A DNA stretch of 64,000 bases. It comes from Candidatus Omnitrophota bacterium. Lineage in GTDB: Bacteria > Omnitrophota > Gorgyraeia > B26-G9. The DNA lies in assembly GCA_043826565.1 (NCBI GenBank), contig JBDRPX010000006.1, forward strand, positions 14,456 through 78,455, written 5' to 3'. This document shows positions 27,813-36,372 of this stretch, piece by piece; within the stretch, counting starts at the first letter, position 1, and the number at the start of each line of letters is the position of its first letter. The notes beneath the pieces are model-generated. The model saw only the letters and a program-made list of their open reading frames with translations. It did no database searches and was not told the DNA's origin. The position numbers were made by a program, and so were the translations under genes.

Positions 27813-29042
27813 TTAAACCATAAAATGAGATTTCAGATCATCCCGGCAATTAATAAAATACACTTCCGAACTCAACCTGTTTAAGATGCCTTTAACTGAA
27901 CTAAATTTATTTGATTGTTTATCAATTTTTTTATGGTCTTCAAAAGAAGCTCCATTAAAAATAACCGGAATTATACCGATATTTTTTTTTAACTGCAGAT
28001 TGTGAAGCATATTGATCAACCCCTGATTTATCGCATCTGTAGTTGTAATAATTATCAGACTTGAACTCGCGGGAATAACCGATTGATAATGAGTGATCAA
28101 CTCCGGAAGCTGTAGTGAACCGTCGGCTTCAATTACCGCCAACGCGTCCATTAATGAATAATAATGCCCCTGGCCTTTACTCATTCCAATGCGGAGTAAT
28201 TCTTTATTTGAAGCAATCAAACCAAATGATGCTTGCTTGTATAGGATATGCTCAATTAAAGAAGCGGCGATTTTAACTCCGTATTCAAAAGTCGCGTCTT
28301 TTCCCGCGCCTAAATTATGCAGCATATTAGCATCCAATACAACCATGGCTTTCCATTGCGAACTTTGTTCAAAATGCCTGACCATAAGCTGTGAATATCT
28401 CGCAGTTGAGCGCCAATGTATACGTCTCCATCCGTCTTCTTTATGATATTCTCTAATACCGAAAAATTCTTCATAATTACCGCAAATCCTCGTTGTCTGC
28501 TCGCCAAAGCGAGGAGCTAAATGTCCCAGGATAAACGGCACATGATAAACCGGAAAGATCTTAGGATAAACCGCTAGTGGTGAATAAACCGGGATAATTT
28601 TCTGATGATAAAAAAGCCCTAGCGGCTCGGTAACTCTGACTTTAAACGGGCCGAGGCGATAATGCCCCCTTTTATAACACTGCTCCTGATAAGTAAATTC
28701 CGATTGTCCTTTAGGTAATCCGTTCAGCAAAAAAATTTTTATCCGGAGTCCGGGGGAAGCCGGGGTAAAATTATCCTGGATCTCTATGGATTGATCGAAT
28801 AAGGCGATTTTATTACGCACCTGTATTGTTATATCTACGACATCGTCTTCATACACCTTAGCCGGCGCATTACGTTTGATTTCCAGATTAAACATAAGCA
28901 GGCGGGAAAGAACATAACTTAAAATAATTATTCCCATACAGGCGGAAAAAGCAATGTAAATCCAGAGCAGCTGACTTATCCACGCTCCCAGGAGAAGCAG
29001 TAATGAAAACAAAAAAATAAAAACAGCCCTTTTCGTGAGCAT
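27813..29042 (-). CDS. DUF58 domain protein (VWA-like MoxR partner)
   Basis: N-terminal TMs, RGHYRLGP...EPLGL, VYPK, EFFGIREY..EDGWRRIHWRSTAR..LMVRHFE. Confidence 0.9.
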   Translation of the reverse strand: MLTKRAVFIFLFSLLLLLGAWISQLLWIYIAFSACMGIIILSYVLSRLLMFNLEIKRNAPAKVYEDDVVDITIQVRNKIALFDQSIEIQDNFTPASPGLRIKIFLLNGLPKGQSEFTYQEQCYKRGHYRLGPFKVRVTEPLGLFYHQKIIPVYSPLAVYPKIFPVYHVPFILGHLAPRFGEQTTRICGNYEEFFGIREYHKEDGWRRIHWRSTARYSQLMVRHFEQSSQWKAMVVLDANMLHNLGAGKDATFEYGVKIAASLIEHILYKQASFGLIASNKELLRIGMSKGQGHYYSLMDALAVIEADGSLQLPELITHYQSVIPASSSLIIITTTDAINQGLINMLHNLQLKKNIGIIPVIFNGASFEDHKKIDKQSNKFSSVKGILNRLSSEVYFINCRDDLKSHFMV

Positions 29043-29050
29043 AAATCCCC

Positions 29051-29983
29051 TTATAAAGGAACAATAACCCCTTGTAAAACTTCTTCGATAATCTTGCTTT
29101 TTGTCCGGCCCTCAACCTGGGCTTCTGTTTTCAGGACAATTCTATGAGGCAAGGCATACCCGGACATATTCTTAATATCATCCGGCATTACAAAATCCCG
29201 GCCATTCAATAAAGCAATCGCCCGGCTTGTTTTCATCAGAGCGATTGACCCCCGCGGGCTAGCGCCTAAAAGAACATCCGGATGCGTCCTGGTGGCCCGG
29301 ACTATCTCCGTTATATACTGAAGTAATTCCTTAGAAATGAATATCCTGGCGGCGGCTTCCTGCAGTGTTTTAATTTGTTCTAACTCTGTAACATTCTCTA
29401 TATCATCGATCGGATGCGATAATAACTGTTTCTCCAAAATTAACGGTTCTTCTTCCCGTCCCGGATATCCGATATCTACCTGTAAAAGAAATCTATCCAG
29501 CTGCGCTTCCGGCAAAGGATAAGTCCCGTGAAATTCAATTGGGTTTTGCGTAGCAATTACAAAAAACGGGTCCGGCAGCTGATAACTAGTACCGTCAATC
29601 GTAACCCGTGATTCCTGCATACACTCCAGCAATCCGGATTGCGTTCTCGGGGTTGTCCGATTGATCTCATCGGCTAAAACAATATTCGAAAAAATCGGCC
29701 CGGGACGCGATTCAAACTCCTGGGTCTTTTGATTGTAAACCGACACTCCGGTAATATCTGAAGGTAAAAGATCGGGAGTAAACTGGATCCGCTTGAACTG
29801 CCCGCTGATAGAAGTAGCAATTGCCCGGGCCAGCATTGTTTTCCCCAGCCCCGGGACATCCTCTAAAAGCACATGCCCTTTACTTATTAAAGCCGCCAGG
29901 CACAATTTAATAACATTGCGCTTACCCACAATAACTTTTTCAATATTGCTTATTAAACGCTCAATAACTTCTTTATTTTCCAT
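29051..29983 (-). CDS. moxR: MoxR family AAA+ ATPase
   Basis: GHVLLEDVPGLGKT, RIQFTPDLLPSDITG, LADEINR, ATQNPIE, GTYPLPEAQLDRF, GASPRG. Confidence 0.95.
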   Translation of the reverse strand: MENKEVIERLISNIEKVIVGKRNVIKLCLAALISKGHVLLEDVPGLGKTMLARAIATSISGQFKRIQFTPDLLPSDITGVSVYNQKTQEFESRPGPIFSNIVLADEINRTTPRTQSGLLECMQESRVTIDGTSYQLPDPFFVIATQNPIEFHGTYPLPEAQLDRFLLQVDIGYPGREEEPLILEKQLLSHPIDDIENVTELEQIKTLQEAAARIFISKELLQYITEIVRATRTHPDVLLGASPRGSIALMKTSRAIALLNGRDFVMPDDIKNMSGYALPHRIVLKTEAQVEGRTKSKIIEEVLQGVIVPL

Positions 29984-30008
29984 ATCAACTCCTTTTTGTA
30001 ATAAACGA

Positions 30009-31130
30009 TTACAAGTTTTTCTTCAGCTGATTTATAATAAATTGTACCTGCTCTTTACTTAAATTAGCATGCATCGGCAGGCACAAAATATCCCGTGATA
30101 CTTGCTCGGCAATCGGAAAATCTCCGCGTTTATGTTTAAGCTCTTTATAGGCCGGCTGTAAGTGCAAAGGGCAATGATATGTTTTAGCACAATGAATATT
30201 TTGCTTAAGCAGCGCATCATAAATCTTATCTCTGTTTTTTATTCTGAGAGCATAAATATGAAATACCGGTTTCGCGAAAAACGGTTCAAAAGGAGTTAAT
30301 ACCCCCGGAGAATCCTTCAGCCCTTGCGTATAAGCAATTGCCGCTGCCTGACGCAATTTATTCTGATCATCTAAGCATTTAAGTTTCACTTGTAATATTG
30401 CCGCTTGAATTGAATCTAACCGGGAGTTATATCCTTTAACATAATGCAGATATCTTTGCTTACCGCGCCTCCCCTGATCTCTTAACATTAATAAATTATT
30501 ATAAATATTTTTTTTATTTGTTAATACAATGCCGGCATCTCCGCAGCCGCCCAGATTTTTCGTCGGATAAAAACTAAAGCATCCGGCATCTCCGATTGCC
30601 CCGACCTTACGCCATTTTCCTTGATTGTCTTTATGTAAAGCTCCCTGAGCCTGCGCGGCATCTTCAATAACTGCCAATTTATACTTGCGGGCAATGCGCA
30701 TAATTTCAAGCATATCCGCGGATTGTCCGTAAAGATGAACGGGAATTATCACCTTTGTTTTTTTAGTTATCTTTTTTTCTATTTTTGAAGGATCCATATT
30801 AAAAGTCCGGGGATCAATATCTGCAAAAACAGGCTTTGCCCCAATATAAGATATGCTCAGAGCGGTAGCGATATAAGTATATACCGGACAAATAACTTCA
30901 TCACCCGGGCCAACCCCGGCGCTTAACAAAGCTAAAAATAACGCGTCGGTACCGGAATTGACCCCTACCGCATACTTAGTCCCGCAATACAGAGCGAATT
31001 CTTTTTCAAAAAAACGTACCTGCTCACCGAGAATAAAATCGCCCTTATCCAAAACTTCTTTTACGGAATTAACCAGTTCTTTTTTTAAGTCATCATTTTG
31101 TTTTTTTACATCAATAAACGCTACATTCAT
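30009..31130 (-). CDS. DegT/DnrJ/EryC1/StrS family PLP-dependent sugar aminotransferase
   Basis: NSGTDAL, PVHLYGQ, EDAAQA, FSFYPTKNLG, GYNSRLD. Confidence 0.92.
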   Translation of the reverse strand: MNVAFIDVKKQNDDLKKELVNSVKEVLDKGDFILGEQVRFFEKEFALYCGTKYAVGVNSGTDALFLALLSAGVGPGDEVICPVYTYIATALSISYIGAKPVFADIDPRTFNMDPSKIEKKITKKTKVIIPVHLYGQSADMLEIMRIARKYKLAVIEDAAQAQGALHKDNQGKWRKVGAIGDAGCFSFYPTKNLGGCGDAGIVLTNKKNIYNNLLMLRDQGRRGKQRYLHYVKGYNSRLDSIQAAILQVKLKCLDDQNKLRQAAAIAYTQGLKDSPGVLTPFEPFFAKPVFHIYALRIKNRDKIYDALLKQNIHCAKTYHCPLHLQPAYKELKHKRGDFPIAEQVSRDILCLPMHANLSKEQVQFIINQLKKNL

Positions 31131-32194
31131 AATATACTCTCCACGGCTTTTAATAAATCCTGTTCAGTTATCTGCTCCAGACAATCCATTGTCCGGCATA
31201 AAGGTTTTTTGAAATTTTTATAACAAGGACGGCATTTCATATCTTTTTTTAAAATAAGATTAAGTTTAGCATCACCTACCGGCCCATAAACCTGTTCATC
31301 CACCGGGCCGAATATCGAAATTGTTTTAATATCCAAAGCACTGGCCATATGCAATGTCCCGCTGTCATTACCGATAAACACGTCCAGACAGCTTATCAAA
31401 GCAGCCAGCTGCCCCAAGTCTGTCTTACCCGCAGCATTGATCGCCTCAGGATAATTAATACTTTTACATATTTCATCTAATTCCGCTTTATCTTTTTCCA
31501 AACCGAAAAAAACAACTTTTGCCTTATGCTTCTCAATTAATACCTTGATCACTGCGGCAAATTTTTCTATCGGCCAATGTTTATTCGCGGCATGTTCTCC
31601 CCAGCTGTCCCCGCCGAAGGCGGAAACTCCAATAAGCAGATCATCATGACTTACTCCGTTGCGTTTTAGAAAATCATCAGCCCAAATCTCTGCATCTTTA
31701 TCCAGATGAAGTTCAGTCCGGGGATAAAAATCTTTTATGCCCATTTTATTCAGAAGGTCACGATAATATTCAATAACATGTTTACCCGAAAAAGAATCAA
31801 TCCTGATCTTATGGGTTAAAAACATACCGCGGTTTTTATAATCAAAACCCCAGCGTTCAGGGATGCCGATAAGCTTCATAATAAAACTATATTGGGTAAC
31901 CAGGGAAAGATCCACAACCAGGTCAAACTTACGGGAACGCAATTGAGATACGGCTCTTAAAAGAAATATTCCGGCTTTAAGCAGAGATTTACTTTTTACT
32001 TTTTTAAACTCCCCGCGGCTAAAAAACATCAATTCATTAACCGCCGGATTGTCCTTTAATAAAGGGCTAACCTGGCAGCTGCACAAATAAGCAATGTAAC
32101 TATCCGGAAACTTGAGTTTTATAGCACAGATCACCGGGCTCGTAAACAGGACATCACCAATGCCGAACGGATTAATAATAAGAATATTTTTCAT
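31127..32194 (-). CDS. Glycosyltransferase family 9 (LPS heptosyltransferase-like)
   Basis: GIGDVL, KHWP, GKTDL, GNDSGTLHMASAL, FGP, CRPC...C...C tail. Confidence 0.9.
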   Translation of the reverse strand: MKNILIINPFGIGDVLFTSPVICAIKLKFPDSYIAYLCSCQVSPLLKDNPAVNELMFFSRGEFKKVKSKSLLKAGIFLLRAVSQLRSRKFDLVVDLSLVTQYSFIMKLIGIPERWGFDYKNRGMFLTHKIRIDSFSGKHVIEYYRDLLNKMGIKDFYPRTELHLDKDAEIWADDFLKRNGVSHDDLLIGVSAFGGDSWGEHAANKHWPIEKFAAVIKVLIEKHKAKVVFFGLEKDKAELDEICKSINYPEAINAAGKTDLGQLAALISCLDVFIGNDSGTLHMASALDIKTISIFGPVDEQVYGPVGDAKLNLILKKDMKCRPCYKNFKKPLCRTMDCLEQITEQDLLKAVESIL

Positions 32195-32202
32195 TATTCA
32201 AT

Positions 32203-33294
32203 CTATAACGCTTTAATAATCGCGTCAATATCAACATATTTATTAATTAAATCAATAACTAAATTTGTTTTGGCCTTATCTTTAGGCCTTATTTTTACGG
32301 TCATATCATGCACCTTGGAAGCAATATTATAAGTATCATCATCAACAACCAGCACCGGGATATCCGTACATTTAACAAGATTAAGCACAGAAGGATGGGG
32401 TTTAATTCCTCCGGTTAAAATAAGGCCCGCCACCGACGGCCCGTTATCACCGTAAATCAAATGCATACTTAATGCCGTTAAAATAATATCTTCTCTGTCT
32501 CCGGGAATGATGATCAGACTTTTATCGTCAATATAATTTAAAGCATCATGCGGCTCCATCGCTCCGATAACTATTTTTTCCACCACATTATCCGAATATG
32601 TGGCCCCATATATAACCTCCGCTTTTAATTCTTCCTTAAGCTGGCCGATAGTCGGTTTACTTAAAATCGGTTCATAAGGAATCACCCCTAATACTTTTAA
32701 CCCTTTTCTTTCTAATCCTTTTCGCACCAGGGCATCTATTTTTTTATATTTTTGGGGTAATACTTTATTTATAATTACTCCGGCGATTTCCACTCCTTCT
32801 TGATCAAACAACGCTTTATTTAATAATATTTCATCAATGGGTTTTCCGATACCTCCGGAAGAAATGAGGATTACTTTGGATTTTAAGTGTTTAGCCACGG
32901 TCGCATTAGAAAGGTCAAAAACTCCGCCCACACCGGCATGCCCGGTACCTTCAATAATAACCATATCATTATTTTTAGCGATTTGGCGGTAGGAATCTTT
33001 GATTTGTTTGAGTAATTTTGTTTTATGCGGATTTTCAATATACTTTTCCGTAAACCCCCGCTCGACAGCAATCGGGCTCATATCTTTAAGCGTACTTTTT
33101 GTCTGACAAACATGTTCGATGAGAATAGAATCTTCATCTGCTTTATACCCCTGTTCGATCAGATATCTCTGCCCCACCGGTTTGATAAATCCAATTGACT
33201 TGAATTTTTCTTTCAAACAATATATCAATCCTAAACTCACCGTTGTTTTTCCATCGTTCTGGTGAGTTGCCGCAATAAAAATATTTTTTCCCAT
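32203..33294 (-). CDS. BioD-like/AAA_26 plus DRTGG domain protein (Pta N-terminal-like)
   Basis: GKTTVSLG, GFIKPVG, IEGTGH, IIPGDREDI, LILTGG; no PTA catalytic domain. Confidence 0.85.
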   Translation of the reverse strand: MGKNIFIAATHQNDGKTTVSLGLIYCLKEKFKSIGFIKPVGQRYLIEQGYKADEDSILIEHVCQTKSTLKDMSPIAVERGFTEKYIENPHKTKLLKQIKDSYRQIAKNNDMVIIEGTGHAGVGGVFDLSNATVAKHLKSKVILISSGGIGKPIDEILLNKALFDQEGVEIAGVIINKVLPQKYKKIDALVRKGLERKGLKVLGVIPYEPILSKPTIGQLKEELKAEVIYGATYSDNVVEKIVIGAMEPHDALNYIDDKSLIIIPGDREDIILTALSMHLIYGDNGPSVAGLILTGGIKPHPSVLNLVKCTDIPVLVVDDDTYNIASKVHDMTVKIRPKDKAKTNLVIDLINKYVDIDAIIKAL

Positions 33295-33311
33295 CCCTTG
33301 GTCCCTTGTTA

Positions 33312-34250
33312 TTATTTAACTTGGCTTTCGTAAGTTAATTCTATAGTTTTAACTAAATTAGTAAGCATTTCATTGGCCGGGGTCATCAGCCCGTAATTTT
33401 TTGCCTGACGCACAATTGCACCGTTTATATAATCAATTTCTGTTTTTTTCTTATTTAAAACATCCTGGAGCATTGAAGAAACATTTTTTGATGTAGAACG
33501 GCAAACTGATTCAACTTTCTGAATCGGGTCATCATAAACAAGTTTTATTCTCTTCTTCTTAGCCACTCTCACAGCTTCAGAAACCGCCATCGACAGTATT
33601 TCTCTGGTCCCGGGGAATTCCACAAGATTACCGTTATATAAACGGATAATCGCTGTTTGAGCATTGATCCCGACATTAATAATCAGCTTACTCCAGATAA
33701 GACTATTAATATCCTTGGAAAGCCGGGTAAGAAACCCCGCCTTGTTAAAAACCTCCCGGATACTCCGCATCGACACCGTAAGTTTTTTATCCATCCTGCC
33801 GACAACTGTTTCTCCTTTGCCGGCATAATAAACCTCTCCCTGCCCGGTTAAGGTCGCGGCCAGAGAAGTGACTCCGCCAAACACTCTATCCCGGCCGACA
33901 ATCTCGCTGATCGTTTCAATATTACCCAAACCGTTTTGCAGAGTAAGTACATTCGTACTTGTATCAAGCAATGGTTCTATACTTTTAACCGCCGCCTCGG
34001 TATCGTATGATTTAACGGCAATGATCACCAGGTCACACGCTTTGATATCTTCTACCCGATTAGTACAGTTAACCTTTACAACAAAATCACCGCCGACCCC
34101 GCTGATTTTTACTCCTGATTCTGTGATCTTCTTCGCGCGTTGCGGATTTTTATCTACAAGCCAAACTTCCGCCTGTTTTTTCTTTGTTAAAAACGCGGCA
34201 TATAAGCAACCGATTGCTCCCGGGCCCACAATAACAATCTTCATGCTCAC
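33312..34250 (-). CDS. panE: 2-dehydropantoate 2-reductase
   Basis: GPGAIG, VKSYD, LQNGLG, WSKLIINVGIN, SSMLQD, TEIDYING. Confidence 0.93.
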   Translation of the reverse strand: MSMKIVIVGPGAIGCLYAAFLTKKKQAEVWLVDKNPQRAKKITESGVKISGVGGDFVVKVNCTNRVEDIKACDLVIIAVKSYDTEAAVKSIEPLLDTSTNVLTLQNGLGNIETISEIVGRDRVFGGVTSLAATLTGQGEVYYAGKGETVVGRMDKKLTVSMRSIREVFNKAGFLTRLSKDINSLIWSKLIINVGINAQTAIIRLYNGNLVEFPGTREILSMAVSEAVRVAKKKRIKLVYDDPIQKVESVCRSTSKNVSSMLQDVLNKKKTEIDYINGAIVRQAKNYGLMTPANEMLTNLVKTIELTYESQVK

Positions 34251-34253
34251 CTC

Positions 34254-34345
34254 AAGACAGACAACAGAAGACAGTGCTTTATTTATCTGGGCACTTGTCT
34301 TCTGTATCCGCTATTCCGCTGCCGGACATTTATCCGTCAGCTATT
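34254..34345. repeat. Heptamer-repeat inverted array (intergenic)
   Basis: AAGACAG ACAACAG AAGACAG TGC pairs with GCACT TGTCTTC TGT, followed by further degenerate 7-mers. Confidence 0.55.
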
Positions 34346-34357
34346 AATAATTACTGA

Positions 34358-35032
34358 TTATTTACTTTTCGCTTTAGTTTTTTCCAGAAAATCATGCATT
34401 GCTTTTCCGGCGATTTCCCGACAGCCTAAACCAAAAGCTAAGGCCAAAGCCAACCCGATAGATCCAAGTATGATTGTGATAAATTGCGACAGTACAGTAA
34501 TCCCGATTTTAAGCTGCTCTAAGGCGATGATCACCGCAAAAACAAGGATTATGGTATGCGTAAGCATACCCATGGTTTTAGCATGAGAAAGCCCGGCATT
34601 TTTTGCGGTTGTCTCCACGACTTTTCTCAAGAAAACGGCAAACAAAGCGCCAATGACTAAAATCATCAGAGCGGCAATAACATTCGGAATGTAAATTACA
34701 ATCTTATCGATCAATTCCGCGACAGTAGTCAAGCCCAATACATTCGCGGTAACCATGATCACAATAAGCATCAACATCCAGTAAACAATCAGCGCGATCA
34801 GATCAGAAAGATTATACTGTATTTCTCCTTTGGCCAAAAATTTTGAAATTCCTACCCGTTCGGAAAGCTTATCCAGCTTAAGCGCCTTTAAAACCCGGGA
34901 AACCAAACTGCGTACCCCTTTAGAAATAATCCATCCGGCGATAACCACAACCAAAGCTACCAGGCCTAAAGAGACAAATCCTACAATCTTTTCCAGCATT
35001 TCTCGCGCCGGATCAAAAAATAAAGTCTCCAT
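34358..35032 (-). CDS. Conserved TM-helix-repeat membrane protein (MscS-associated/CmpX-like)
   Basis: YIPNVIAAL, ALEQLKI, LALALAFGLGCRE motifs. Confidence 0.8.
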   Translation of the reverse strand: METLFFDPAREMLEKIVGFVSLGLVALVVVIAGWIISKGVRSLVSRVLKALKLDKLSERVGISKFLAKGEIQYNLSDLIALIVYWMLMLIVIMVTANVLGLTTVAELIDKIVIYIPNVIAALMILVIGALFAVFLRKVVETTAKNAGLSHAKTMGMLTHTIILVFAVIIALEQLKIGITVLSQFITIILGSIGLALALAFGLGCREIAGKAMHDFLEKTKAKSK

Positions 35033-35047
35033 TCCCCCTCCTTTTTT

Positions 35048-35120
35048 TTAGCGTTCAGCGTTTCGCGTTTAGCGTTTAGAAAAACTTTTTCTATCCGCTA
35101 TCAGCTATACGCTATACGCT
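35048..35120. repeat. Heptamer-repeat inverted array overlapping the panB stop
   Basis: TTAGCGT TCAGCGT TTCGCGT TTAGCGT TTAG - AAAAA C TTTTT - CTATCCG CTATCAG CTATACG CTATACG; the two arms are near reverse complements. Confidence 0.75.
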
Positions 35121-35960
35121 GTTTTTCATCTTATCTACTTCCTCTTTTTTCATTTTAAAAGCATGTTCCTGTCCGGGAAATTTTCCTTCTTTTACTTCTG
35201 CAATATACGTTTCCACGGCATGGGTAATCACTTTTTTCAAATCAGCATACTGTTTGACAAATTTCGGCACAACCCCCTGAGTCAACCCCAGCATGTCATG
35301 CAAAACCAATACCTGTCCGTCACATCCGGCTCCGGCACCGATACCAATAGTGGGAATTTTTAAATTTTTACTGATAACTTCCGCTAAAGCATCCGGTACA
35401 CATTCTAAGACAATACAAAAACATCCGGCCTGCTCCAATGCTTTAGCCTGCTCTAAAATCAGTTTTGCCGCATCCGCGCTCTTACCCTGTACTTTATAGC
35501 CGCCAAGGGTTATTGATGTTTGCGGAGTCAATCCCAAATGGCCCATAACCGGGATACCGGCTTCCACAATTTTTTTAACTGTATTTATAACTATCGGCGT
35601 AGCACTTTCAAGTTTTACCGCATCCGCTCCGGCTTCTTTTATAAACCTTCCGGCATTAATAACCGCTTCGCGCTCACTTACATTAAAAGACATAAACGGC
35701 ATATCCCCGATCAAAAGCGCGTATTTAGTTCCTTTTTTCACTGCTTTGGTGTGATGAAGCATCTCTTCAGTGGTTACCGGCACCGGAGAATCATAGCCTA
35801 AGACTATATTTCCCACAGTATCTCCGACCAAAATCATATCAATGCCCGCTTGATCAACCAAACTAGCCGTCGGAAAATCATAGGCAGTAAGCACAGTGAT
35901 CTTTTCGTTATTTTCTTTCTTTTTTATTACATCCGGTATAGTAATTTTTTTTCTTTCCAT
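35112..35960 (-). CDS. panB: 3-methyl-2-oxobutanoate hydroxymethyltransferase
   Basis: LTAYD, ILVGD, DMPFMS, AVKLE, GHLGLTPQ, IGIGAG..CDGQVLV. Confidence 0.96.
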   Translation of the reverse strand: MERKKITIPDVIKKKENNEKITVLTAYDFPTASLVDQAGIDMILVGDTVGNIVLGYDSPVPVTTEEMLHHTKAVKKGTKYALLIGDMPFMSFNVSEREAVINAGRFIKEAGADAVKLESATPIVINTVKKIVEAGIPVMGHLGLTPQTSITLGGYKVQGKSADAAKLILEQAKALEQAGCFCIVLECVPDALAEVISKNLKIPTIGIGAGAGCDGQVLVLHDMLGLTQGVVPKFVKQYADLKKVITHAVETYIAEVKEGKFPGQEHAFKMKKEEVDKMKNSV

Positions 35961-35979
35961 ATTATTTCCTCAAGAACTT

Positions 35980-36008
35980 AGTATATCAAATATCTCCTGA
36001 TATATCAA
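35980..36008 (-). promoter_or_regulatory. Putative sigma70 promoter of panB with overlapping palindrome
   Basis: TTGATA-17 nt-TATACT; TATATCA-N9-TGATATA inverted repeat at 35982-36004. Confidence 0.55.
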
Positions 36009-36012
36009 TCAT

Positions 36013-36309
36013 TTAAAGCATTTTTGCCAAAGCCTCTTTCCCGCTCATCCCCAGACTGATTCCCAACATTTCCGCCTGCTTAGTAATCTTAACCACCGGC
36101 TTTTCCAAAAGCTCTTTTACTGTTTTTACCCCGGTTACGATACAGGCCGCGTCTTCGAGCTTACCCGCTGTAGCAATATCCAGATATCCGCACATAATAT
36201 ATCCTTTCGCAGCAACAACCAGGATTAACCGCGCCTGCGGCATCTGAATCACATAAGTATCTATTTCTATTCCCTCAATTATTATTTTATCACAGCTAAA
36301 TTTCTCCAT
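36013..36309 (-). CDS. YunC/DUF1805 family protein
   Basis: KGYIMCGYLD, A..VTGVK, A..LGI..GMSGKEAL. Confidence 0.88.
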   Translation of the reverse strand: MEKFSCDKIIIEGIEIDTYVIQMPQARLILVVAAKGYIMCGYLDIATAGKLEDAACIVTGVKTVKELLEKPVVKITKQAEMLGISLGMSGKEALAKML

Positions 36310-36342
36310 AATAAATCTCCTCTGTGCGTATTTTCAGTTAAT

Positions 36343-36369
36343 CGGGCCGGGGCAAGCCGCGGCCCCTAC
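36343..36369 (-). repeat. Solo REP-like palindrome
   Basis: Minus strand GTAG-GGGCCGCGG-CTTG-CCCCGGCCC-G; same architecture as the two elements inside the Y1 transposase. Confidence 0.7.
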
Positions 36370-36372
36370 ATC

